From Pristiophorus japonicus (taxonomy: Eukaryota): DNA of 64,000 bases. Under the pieces are notes generated by a model that saw nothing but the letters and a program-made list of their open reading frames with translations, was not told the origin of the DNA and made no database searches. Positions 23,722 through 34,444 of the stretch are shown here, in pieces. The stretch spans positions 53,196,001 through 53,260,000 of the forward strand of contig NC_091995.1 in assembly GCF_044704955.1 (NCBI RefSeq), given 5' to 3'. The position numbers were made by a program, and so were the translations under genes. Each line of letters opens with the position of its first letter. Within the stretch, counting starts at the first letter, position 1.

Positions 23722-24865
23722 CAACAAAAACTTCTATTTATATAGCACCTTTAAATTAGTAAAATGTAACAAGCTGTTTCACAGAAGCGATTATCACACA
23801 AAATTAGACACCGAGCCACATAAGGAGCTACTAGGACAAATGATCAAAACCCTGGTCAAAGAGGTAGGTATTAAGGAGTGCCTTGAAGGAGGAGAGTGAG
23901 GTAGAGAGGCGGAAAGGTTTAGGCAGTGAATTTCAGAGCTTGGGGCCCAGGCAGCTGAAGGCACGGCTACCGATGGTTGAGCAGTTATAATCAGGGATGC
24001 TCAAGAGGGTAGAATTGGAGGAGCGCAGACATTTTGGAGGGTTGTAGGGTTGGAGGAGGTTACAGAGATAGGGAGGAGCGAGGCCTTGGAGTGATCTGAA
24101 AACAATTTTAAAATCGAGGAGTTGCCAGACGAGGAGCCGACGTAGGTCAGTGGGCAATGGGTGAACGGGAATTGGTGCGGGTTAGGATAATTTTGGATGA
24201 GCTTAAGTTTATGTAAGGTGGCAGATGTGAGGCCGGCCAGGAGAGCATTGGAATAGTCGAGTGTAGAGGTGACAAATACATGGATGAGGGTTTCAGCAGC
24301 AGATGAGCTAGGGCAGGGTCGGAGTTAGGTAATGTTACAGAGGTGAAAGTCGGTGGTCTTAGTAATGGCGTGGATATGTGGTTGGAAGCACATCTCAGGT
24401 TATGAACAGTCTGGTTTAGCTTCAGACAGTGCCCAGGGAGAGGGATGGAGTAGCTAGGTAATGGAGTTTGTGGGAGGGACCGGTATTTAGTTGGGAGGTA
24501 ATTTCTGCTCACCAGTACTGGATGTCAGACAAACAGTCTGACAATTTAGAGACCATGGAGGGGTCGAGAGAAGTGGTGGTGAGGTAGAGCTGGGTGCCAT
24601 CAATGTGCATGTGGAAACTGACACCGTGTTTTGGATGATGTCACCAAGGGGCATCATGTAGATGAGAACTAGGAGGGGGCCAAGGATAGATCCTTCAAGG
24701 ACACCAGAGGTAACGATGCGGAAGTGGGAAGAGAAGCCGTTGCATGTGATTTTCTGGCTATGATTAGATAGATAAGAATGGAACCAGGCGAGTGCAGTCC
24801 CACCCAGCTGAAAGATGGTGGAGATGCGATGGAGGAGGACTGAGTGATCAACCGTGTCGATGGCA
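23722..24865 (-). mobile_element. L2 LINE fragment (RT to tail)
   Basis: DTVDHSVLLHR..WFHSYLS..GSILGPLL, RAFSCLGPKL, L2 tail at ~23725. Confidence 0.85.
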
Positions 24866-24889
24866 TTCTTTCTCCATCTCTCCCTCGTC

Positions 24890-26335
24890 ACGTAGATTGG
24901 AAAACTGCAAATGTAACGCCCCTATTTAAAAAAGGGGGCAGACAAAAAGCAGGAAACTATAGACCAGTTAGCCTAACATCTGTGGTTGGGAAAATGTTGG
25001 AGTCCATTATTAAAGAACCAGTAGCAGGACATTTGGAAAAGCATAATTCGGTCAGGCAGAGTCAGCATGGATTTATGAAGGGGAAGTCATGTTTGACAAA
25101 TTTGCTGGAATTCTTTGAGGATGTAGCAAACAGGGTGGATAAAGGGGAATCAGTGGATGTGGTGTATTGGGACTTCCAGAAAGCATTTGACAACGTGCCA
25201 CATAAAAGGTTACTGCACAAGATAAAAGTTCACGGGGTTAGAGGTAATATATTAGCATGGATAGAGGATTGGCTAACTAACAGAAAACAGAGAGTTGGGA
25301 TAAATGATTCATTCTCGGGTTGGCAATCAGTAACTAGTGGGGTGCCACAGGGATCAGTGCTGGGACCCCAATTATTTACAATCTATATTAACGATTTGGA
25401 AGAAGGGACCGAGTGTAACGTAGCCAAGTTTGCTGACAATATAAAGATGGGAGGAAAGGCAATGTGTGAGGAGGACACAAAAAATCTGCAAAAAGACATA
25501 GACAGGCTAAGTGAGAGGGCATAAATTTGGCAGATGGAGTATAATGTTGGAAAGTGTGAGGTCATGCACGTTGGCAGAAAAAAAATCAAAGAGCATTATT
25601 TAAATGGAGAAAGATTGCAAAGTGCTGCAGTACAGCGGGAGCTGGGGTACTTATGTATGAAATATAAAAGGTTAGTACGCAGATACAGCAAGTGATCAGG
25701 AAGGCCAATGGAATCTTGGCCCTTATTGCAAAGGGCATGGAGTATAAAAGCAGGGAAGTCTTGCTACAGTTATACAGGGTATTGGTGAGGTCACACCTGG
25801 AATACTGCGTGCAGTTTTGGTTTCCATATTTCCGAAAGGATATACTTTCTTTGGAGGCAGTTCAGAGAAGGATCACTAGGTTGATTTCGGAGATGAGGGG
25901 GTTGACTTATGAGGAAAGGTTGTGTAGGTTGGGCCTCTACTCATTGGAATTCAGAAGAATGAGAGGTGATCTTATTATGAGGGGGCTTGACAAGGTGGAT
26001 TCAGAGAGGATGTTTCCACTGATGGGTAGACTAGAACTAGGGGGCATAATCTTAGAATAAGGGGCCGCCCTTTAAAACTGAGTTGAGGAGGAATTTCAGA
26101 GGGTTGTAAATCTGTGGAATTCACTGCCTCAGAGAGCTGAGGAAGCTGGGGCATTGAATAAATATAAGACCGAGATAGACAGTTTCTTAAACTATAAGGG
26201 AATAAGGGATTATGGAGAGCAGGCAGAGAAGTGGACCTGAGTCTATGATTGGATCAGCTATGATCGTATTAAATGGCGGAGCAGGCTCGAGGGGCCGTAT
26301 GGCCTACTCCTGCTCCTATTTCTTATGTTCTTATT
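24890..26335 (+). mobile_element. 5'-truncated CR1 family B
   Basis: RT ORF nearly the same protein as the 11148-13359 copy; TTCTTATGTTCTTA tail. Confidence 0.92.
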
Positions 26336-26744
26336 ATCAAATGAGTGTAGTTTATTAATGATCACAGGGCAAGAAGGCATGTGTTTGTGTAAAAAGTGAC
26401 TGATTATTTCCAAAATTTGTGTCACAATCGCTTAATAAATATAATGGACATGCTGAAAATATCTGTTTCCATGCACAAAGCTAGTTCTTTCTCTATACAA
26501 TAACAGTACCATGGCTTTTGTCGCATTATTGCTTCCCCTTAGAAGGGATTCTCGGGGGTGACTGTCGAGCTACTGACGAGATAACCCATGTGTATTCACA
26601 TTGATTGTAACCTCTGCGATGGCCGATGAGAGAGTCGTCTAACTGCAGCACATTGCTCATGGTCACAAACCCGCAGTTTTGTCCCATACTGCATTTAACC
26701 AGGGGAGTGGATTGTGATAGGAATGTACTGTGAAGCTTGTAAAA

Positions 26745-27378
26745 AGCGTCTACAGGGTTGTAGTAATACCCGCTCTCCAATATGGATCGGAGGCATGGAC
26801 GGTGTACAGAAGACACCTCAAGTCGCTGGAGATATATCAACAACGATGTCTCCGCAAGATCCTACAAATCTCCTGGGAGGACAGGCACATCAACATCAGT
26901 GTCCTCGCCCAGACCAACATCCCCAGCATTGAAGCACTGACCACACTCGATCAGCTTCGCTGCGCAGGCCACATTGCCCACATGCCCAACACGAGACTCC
27001 CTAAGCAATTGCTCTATGCGGAGCTCCTTTACAGCAAAGGTGGGCAGCGGAAACGTTACAAGGACACCCTCAAAGCCTCCCTGATAAAGTGCAATATCCC
27101 CACTGACACCTGGGAGTCCCTGGCCCAAGACCGCTCTAAGTGGAGAAAGTGCAGCCAGGAGGGCACTGAGCTCTTCGAATCGTAACGCCGCAAGCACAGG
27201 CAGCGGAAGGAGCGTGCGACAAACCTGTCCCACACACCCCTTCCCCCGGCGAATATCTGTCCCACCTGTGACAGGGTCTGTGGCTCTCGTATGGGACTGT
27301 TCAGGCACCAAAGAACTCACTTAGGGAGTGGAATTCGAGTCTTCCTCGATTCCGAGGGACTGCCTATGATAATGATGA
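26745..27378 (+). mobile_element. RTE LINE 3' fragment
   Basis: VYRVVVIPALQYGSEAWT..RLPKQLLY..GGQRKRYKD; ATGATAATGATG tail. Confidence 0.88.
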
Positions 27379-27609
27379 AGCATGCAAAGATTCAGCTCGA
27401 TCTTTACAGTGCCCGTATCACAACATATTTTTTCCCAATCATTGAGTCCTACAACACAACAACAGCTCGAGGCTGCTCCTCCCCTTTGATCACTGACCTG
27501 ACTCAGTGCGACCTATAGCCCTGCCTGACACATCAGTGTAGGCCATAACTCACGGTACAATCTGCACTGGCTGGAACAGACATCCTGTGCTCAGCTCACG
27601 AACGACATC

Positions 27610-28458
27610 GGAGCCCAGCTTGCTCCGCGCTGGGTTGGCAGTGCATAATTCGAATGAGCTTTTGTTTTTAAACGACGGCACCAGCGTGGATTTGGGCCCT
27701 TTGTGCGGAGAAAAAGTTGTTATAGCGCTAACAGAGCATTCTCGCGGCGCTCACGGGGAACTACGCTCAGCGCCACGCTCAGCACAACAACGTCACGCTG
27801 ACCGCCTCATAACGTCCCTCACCTTCTTACATAGAAACATAGAAATTAGGTGCAGGAGTAGGCCATTCGGCCCTTCGAGCCTGCACCACCATTCGATAAG
27901 ATCATGGCTGATCATTCAATCTCAGTAGCCCTTTCCTGCTTTCTCTCCATACCCCTTGATCCCTTTGCCATAAGGGCCATATCTAACTCCCTTTTGAATA
28001 TATCTAACGAACTAGTTTCTTCGAAAGGGGAAGGCCGCTGCAAACTCTGCAGCCTCTTTCTGGCACCCACTGAGCCGCCAGGGAGGGTGTTGGCCGGGTC
28101 CACATGTTGGCGGTCTGGCCACACCAGCAGCCGCCATTTTCGGGCCGACAGACAAAAGATGGCGGCCGCCTCGTTAACAACTCCCCTTTAAGAGTAGTCG
28201 GGGCGCCCCAGACACCACAGCTTCTCGCACCATGAAGCTGTTGCTGGCATCGTACCACGCCGACCTGGTGTCCCGCGGGGCAATTTCCCCCAAGGGGTCC
28301 AAAGGGGTCGGCACGGGGCAATAAGGGGTCAGTGCGCATGCCGATGACGTCATCACCGTGCGTGCGCCGCGGTGGTGCGCTAATGGCGGCTCAAACCCCA
28401 CTGGGTGCTCATCCGTTCGCGTCGATGTGGCTGTCACGCCCAGTGCTAACTTTAGCCC
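27610..28458. mobile_element. GC-rich non-autonomous DNA transposon (MITE family M1), interrupted by a CR1 tail
   Basis: Inverted homologue of 31067-31685 (TTGCTCCGCGC, AATTCGAATGA, GGCCGCTGCAAACTCTGCAGCC); end AACTTTAGCCC. Confidence 0.6.
27829..28013 (-). mobile_element. CR1 family A 3' end
   Basis: ACATAGAAACATAG + hairpin + last codons of ORF2. Confidence 0.88.
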
Positions 28459-28715
28459 ACCGCTGTCGCTGGCCGGCGGAGATAGCTGGTCCTGCGCAAA
28501 GGTGCAACATCGGCCCCATCACCTCAGCTTGCTGGCCAGATCCTCTGGCTTGGATGCTGTTGACAGGTTCGATTTGCTCAGGGGGCAGCGCCACAGTTAT
28601 AATTTGGAACAAAGCTCTGGTTAAAAACCCGATTCCCCAGGAACACGGAGAGGTGCTCCTTTGTTTTAGTTCCACAGCGAGTAATGCATCCTCTGCAATT
28701 GGATCAGGGCTCCGA

Positions 28716-29870
28716 GGGGGAGGGGATCGGAGCGTGGGGGGAGGAGGGGATCGGAGCGTGGGGGAGGGGAGGGGATTGGAGCGTGGGGGAGGGGAGGGGA
28801 TCGGAGCTTTGGGGAGGGGAGGGGATCAGAGCTTGGGGGAGGGGAGGGGATCAGAGCTTGGGGGAGGGGAGGGGAGGGGTTCGGAGCGTGGGGGGAGGGG
28901 AGGGGATCGGAGCGTGGGGGGAGGGGAGGGGATCGGAGCATGGAGGGAGGGGAGGGGATCGGAGCGTGGGGGGAGGGGAGGGGATCGGAGCGTGGGGGGA
29001 GGGGAGGGGATCGGAGCGTGGGGGGAGGGGAGGGGATCGGAGCGTGGGGGGAGGGGAGGGGATCGGAGCGTGGGGGGAGGGGAGGGGATCGGAGCGTGGG
29101 GGGAGGGGAGGGGGATCAGAGCGTGGGGGGAGGGGAGAGGGATCGGAGCGTGGGGGGAGAGGAGAGGGATCGGAGCATGAGGGGAGGGGGATCGGAGCAT
29201 GGGGGGAGGGGGATCGGAGCGTGGGGGAGGGGGATCGGAGCGTGGTGGGAGGAGAGAGGGATCGGAGCGTGGGGGAGGGGAGGGGATCGGAGCTTGGGGG
29301 AGGGGAGGGGATCGGAGCTTGGGGGAGGGGAGGGGATCAGAGCTTGGGGGAGGGGAGGGGATCAGAGCTTGGGGGAGGGGAGGGGAGGGGCTCAGAGCGT
29401 GGGGGGAGGGGAGGGGGATCGGTGCGTGGGGGGAGGGGAGGGGGATCGGAGCGTGGGGGGAGGGGAGGGGGATTGGAGCGTGGGGGGAGGGGAGAGGGAT
29501 CGGAGCGTGGGGGGAGAGGAGAGGGATCGGAGCATGGGGGGAAGGGGATCGGAGCGTGGGGGGAGAGGAGAGGGATCGGAGCGTGGGGGGAGAGGAGAGG
29601 GATCAGAGCGTGGGGGGAGAGGAGAGGGATCGGAGCGTGGGGGGAGAGGAGAGGGATCGGAGCGTGGGGGAGGGGGATCGGAGCGTGGGGGGAGGGGGAT
29701 CGGAGCGTGGGGGGAGAGGAGAGGGATCGGAGCGTGGGGGGAGGGGGATCGGAGCGTGGGGGGAGGGGGATCGGAGCGTGGGGGGAGGAGGGGGATCGCA
29801 GCGTGGGGTGTGGTTCGGGGTCGGAGCGTGGGATAGGGTTCGGGGTTCGGGGTCGGAGCATGGGCAGGGT
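28716..29870 (+). repeat. G-rich minisatellite, ~17-25 bp unit GGGGAGGGGATCGGAGCGTGG(GG)
   Basis: Roughly 45-50 units over ~1.15 kb, extreme strand purine bias. Confidence 0.95.
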
Positions 29871-29989
29871 CGAGAGGAGGGAAGCAGCCCTCGGCTTACT
29901 TTAGCTGGAGGGTTCTCCGAGGACTGACCAGCCACAGTTAAATTTGAAATATTGGTAAAATCTGAGGCACGGCAGCCTCATTATAATCC

Positions 29990-30477
29990 TCATCATCATA
30001 GAAAGTCCCTCGCAATCGAGGAAGACTTGCTTCCACTCTAAAAATGAGACCTTAGATGGCAGAACAGTCCAATACGAGAGCCACAGTCCCTGTCACAGGT
30101 GGGACAGATAGTGTTGAAGGAAAGGGTGGGTGGGACTGGTTTGCCGCACGCTCTTTCCGCTGCCTGTGCCTGATTTCTGCATGCTCTCGGCGACGAGACT
30201 CGAGGTGCTCAGGGCCCTCCCGGATGCACTTCCTCCACTTAGGGCGGTCTTTGGCCAGGGACTCCCAGGTGTCGGTGGGGATGTCGCACTTTATCAGGGA
30301 GGGTGCCCTTTAAACGTTTCCACTGCCCACCTTTGGCTCGATTGTTGTGAAGGAGTTCCGAGTAGCGCGCTTACTTTGGGAGTCTCGTGTCTGGCCTGCG
30401 GACGATGTGGCCTGCCCAGCGGAGCTGGTCAAGTGTGGTCAGTGCTGCAATGCTGGGGATGTTGGCCTGGTCGAGGA
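29990..30477 (-). mobile_element. RTE 3' fragment
   Basis: TCATCATCATAG..TCGAGGAAGACTTGCTTCCACTC, homologous to 18085-18712. Confidence 0.87.
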
Positions 30478-31066
30478 CCCTCTGAATGGGCGACCCGCCT
30501 CCTGGGCAGCGATTGGTCGCCCGCCTCCCCGACACGCGACCATTAAAACTGGAAGTGGGTGGGTTGGAGTGAGGATTCAGTATTTTAACACTTTAACCTC
30601 CCACACAAATTCCCCCAACAATCTCAGGTTTCCTGCCCAAATCACTCAGAGCCGAGCATATGTTTTGCCCCATTCAAAAAGCAGACGCCAACAAGATTGT
30701 ATTTCTGATTTATAACTGATTACATTTAATTTCATTAAATGAATGGTTGCCGAGTTAGAGGCTGGAAATTCCATATTTTGGGGGTTTATTGTACCTGTTG
30801 TACTCTAGATATCTTTGACTTTGATTGCAGCTGAGCTCTCACTCCCTCCCTCCATCCCGGGGAAGAATTTCACTTGCCCTGATATCTGGGTAAAATTCAT
30901 ACCATGCCCAGGTAATGAACCCTTGTCCTCTCCTGAATTTTCACAAACCCTGCTCGGCTTCGAAAGGTGGGAGTGTAACACTACACTGCCCCTTGTCTTG
31001 GGCTTTAACTGACCGACATATTGATTAAACACTAACAGAACAAGTGAACAGTATCGGAGAACAAAA

Positions 31067-31685
31067 GGGGGTGAAATTACCCCTCTGGGAAAGGCCCGTT
31101 GGTACAAAAGGGATTCCGCCCAGGCACCAAGGCCACAGCCGCCCTCCCCGGAATTGCCCTCAGTGCTTGGCGGGCGAAAAGGGGTTTGCGCCGCGCCCCA
31201 CGATTGTCGCTCCGGCGCAAGCAGGTGCTCGCGGACCCCTTTATCGACCGTTGTGGCCCGCTGGGGAAATTGCCCCGCTGGGCCCAAGACTGGCATGGGG
31301 CGATGCCAATGGCAGCTTTCGAGGCCGCCACTAAAGGGAAGGTGGTAGTGCCGCGGCCGCCATTTTTTTTGCGTCAGGCCGGCTTTTAAGTCGGCACACC
31401 AACGCCGACCGACCCGCCAACTTGCAGCCCGGTCGGTACCCCCTCTTGGACCCGGCCAAAACCTTCCTCGGTGGACGCCAGGGAAGTGGCTGCAGAGTTC
31501 GCAGCGGCCCTCCCCTTTACAACGTTGTGACGTGCTCAGCACAGCGCTGATCATCGCGCCCCGATAACACCCCGCTATCGGAAGCAGGGTGTCTCGGCTG
31601 GGGGTAGAACCTCTGGCCCTGGCACTGTTTCAGCACTTCATTCGAATTGAGTGCCCAAAACCGGGCGCGGAGCAATTTCACCCCC
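31067..31685. mobile_element. Harbinger-like MITE (M1) with perfect 12-bp TIRs
   Basis: GGGGGTGAAATT (31067-31078) and AATTTCACCCCC (31674-31685); no coding capacity. Confidence 0.8.
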
Positions 31686-31738
31686 GATAAATAGCGCCCC
31701 TCTCCTGTGTCAGAATGAAAAATCAGTTATTTCCTTAC

Positions 31739-31856
31739 CGGGTGGTTCTTTTATTTTTCTCACCATCTGTGGAAGCTTTCTGAGCTGACGGACGCTGTGA
31801 GGTCGCTCAAACTCTCTTCAAAGGCTACTGGCAGTCAGTGATTTGAAAAAGACAGG
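31739..31856 (-). other. Candidate upstream exon of the ZNF gene (118 nt, ATG at 31766)
   Basis: Acceptor TCTGCTCCTGTTCTCTGTTAACAG, donor CCG|GTAAGG; lies in a unique island between MITEs. Confidence 0.5.
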
Positions 31857-31937
31857 CTGTTAACAGAGAACAGGAGCAGAATTTAAATAGCTGGCTGCTC
31901 AATTGAAAAGAACTGTCAAACTAGCATGTGAACGTCA

Positions 31938-33335
31938 CTCAGGATTTTAACTCGGAGGCAGGACAGGGAGCGGTCGGGAAGCCCAGGAGAACGGGGTTTC
32001 CCTCAGACCCTCCCGAATTTAACGGCAGGGCCCCATGAACATTGTGCTTCTCTGTTAGCCACCTGCACCCAGCCAGATTGGGAGGCTGGCCAGCTGTCAG
32101 GCGGGTAGACCTGTGGCACGAGGCCGCAGCTGGGGAGCAGAGCAGGGGGAGGGAGCGAGGGTTCGGAGGCTGGGGGAGGGGGTGTCGGGGGCCTGGAATC
32201 GCAGATCGGAAGGCCAGTGGGGGCGGAGGCGGGGTGGGGGTGGGTTGTCGAGAGCCGGGGATTGGAAAGCCAGAGGGTGGGGGAGGTTGGAGATCAAGGG
32301 GGGAGGTCGGAAGGTTGAGGAGCCGATCTGAAACTGGGGGTCCGGAATGCCAGGGCGGTGTTCAGAGAGCGTGGGATCGGAGGTCGGGAGTTGAAAGACC
32401 GACGGAAGGAGAACGGATGGCTCGGGGACGGGGGAGGTGAGATTGGAGGTCTCGTGGGCAATTTTGCCCCTCATTTTTTTGGGGGGGGTGCACAGCCCCT
32501 TTAAGGGGCCATTCACAGTTCCGTGCATGCACAAAATTTCACCTTGGAAAAGTCAGCCCCGCACAGATGAGAGGGAAAACGTTGTTCATGTGGGAGGGAA
32601 ATCAGAAGGGCTGGGGGTGTCTGATCGTCAGGGAGGTGGGGGGCGTGGGGAATGGCGAGGCAGCTATGTTAGATCCAGCAGGTAAGTGGGCTTGGAAATT
32701 GGATCGTGCAGTCCCTCGCCTTCCTTGAGAGTCCAGGTTCCCCGAGGCCTGGGATACCTGCTCGCCCAGAATTAAATTTAAAATGTTGCCCCAAAATAAG
32801 GTGTGCAGCCTCATTATAATATTTAAAGCTTCAAAGCCTCCTTGATAAAATCCAACATCCCCACCGACACCTGGGAGTCCCTGGCCAAAGACTGCCTAAG
32901 TGGAGGGAGTGCATCCGGGAGGGCGCTGAGCACCTCGAGTATCATCGCCGAGACCATGCAGAAAGCACGCGCAGACAGCGGAAGGAGCGTGCGGCAAACC
33001 AGTCCCACCCACCCCTTCCCTCAACCACTGTCTGTCCCACCTGTGACAGAGAATGTAATTCCAGTATTGGACTGTACAGTCACCTGAGAACTCACTTTTA
33101 GAGTGGAAGCAAGTCTGCCTCGATTTCGAGGGCCTGCCTATGATGAAAGTGCCAACCTGCCACCTGGGAGTGGATTGGCCACCCGCCTCTGTCCCTTACC
33201 CGGTAAAACCAGAGGTAGATGGGTTGGGGGGAGGTGGACAGGGTAGTGGGCTTGGGTCGGTATTTAGATTCCTAACTCTTTAACTTCCCATCCGGCCCAA
33301 ACCCGCCCCATTTTGGGGGGTTAAACCCCACCCCA
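31938..33335. mobile_element. MITE-like element family M2, copy 2 (with RTE insert)
   Basis: Degenerate termini GGATTTTAAC / GTTAAACCCC, G-rich interior, homology to 28500-30640. Confidence 0.5.
32830..33146 (+). mobile_element. RTE 3' fragment
   Basis: KASLIKSNIPTDTWESLA; TGCCTATGATGA tail. Confidence 0.85.
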
Positions 33336-34065
33336 CCATCGAATTCACCAGTTCTGACCCAGGAAAAAGCGACAACACAAATGAATAAAAAAGCCGAACT
33401 CTGCAAATGCTGGAAATCTGAAGTGAAAACTGTAACACCCCATCCACCAGTGCTGTCCACAGAGGCCGGCCGCCCTGCTGTGTGATTGATGCCAGCTATT
33501 TCCATTTCTTGTGATTTTGGTGTCGCTGACGAGACTGGCATTTACTGCCCATCCCGATATACCCGAGTGGGCAGCTGAGAGAGTCAACCATGTTGGTGTA
33601 GGACTGGGGTCAAGTCTAGGCCCAGGCTCGCCCTGGTTATAAACAGATGTATTTACAGTAAACTAGACAGTATCAGACTTCCCTATACAGCAGGGCTCCT
33701 CACAGAGAAATGTCTCACTGAAAATGGATTCCCCTCACAGGCAGGACACTAAGAATCCTCAGACCCTGTGTACCTCCCAGATAATCACACCTCACCTTCC
33801 CATTTTCAGCATTGACTCCTGAACAAAACCCAGCCTGTAAATCAGGAGAGAAATGCTGTGCACAAATCCCAGCTTCCAGTAAACACCTTCAATATCCAAC
33901 ACTCAGCCCCAGCCTGTCAGTGCAGCACAAAGCAGGGAGTAAGCAGGCCAGTCAGCTGGATCCTCTCACACAGCACAAGGGGCATTTCTGTCCCCTTCCT
34001 GTTCCCCCACAGGATAATCAGACTGCTCTGAACATTACTGTATAAAAGCTGTACAAACCCCATAC

Positions 34066-34126
34066 CTGCCCTCACCGGCTCCACGGCGCTCACTTTGATT
34101 GCAGACCCAGGCAGGAACTGAAGCTG
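34066..34126 (-). other. Candidate upstream non-coding exon of the ZNF gene (61 nt)
   Basis: Acceptor CTCCTCCCTTTCTTTGTAG(CAG), donor CAG|GTATGG. Confidence 0.5.
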
Positions 34127-34444
34127 CTACAAAGAAAGGGAGGAGATGTTCCTCAAATGACTGACACCATTGTTAGCCAGTCAGGGGCTGCAATCCAAAG
34201 AGAAGCCTCCCGCAGGGGAAATGCCAATCACAGATGCCAGCCATTCGGTCTCAGTTAGGTGTGGGACTTCCCCCTCACACAGCAACAGGCAGTGGCATTG
34301 TGTAAACAACAACTTATATTTATATAGCGCCTTTAACGTAGTGAAACGTCCCAAGGTGCATCACAGGGATATTATGCGATAAAAAATTTGACACCAAGCG
34401 CATAAGTAGAAACTAGGTCAGGTGACGAAAAGCTTGGTTAAAGA

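Larger units (their letters stand above)
28500..30640. mobile_element. MITE-like element family M2, copy 1 (hosts a minisatellite and an RTE)
   Basis: Shares GCAGCCTCATTATAAT and the downstream CCTGGG..ATTGG..CCCGCCTC..AAAAC segment with 31938-33335. Ends uncertain. Confidence 0.5.

Noticed and set aside
28332-29935. Gly/Arg- and Pro-rich ORFs up to 406 aa
   Set aside because: Translations of the G-rich minisatellite, open in most frames.
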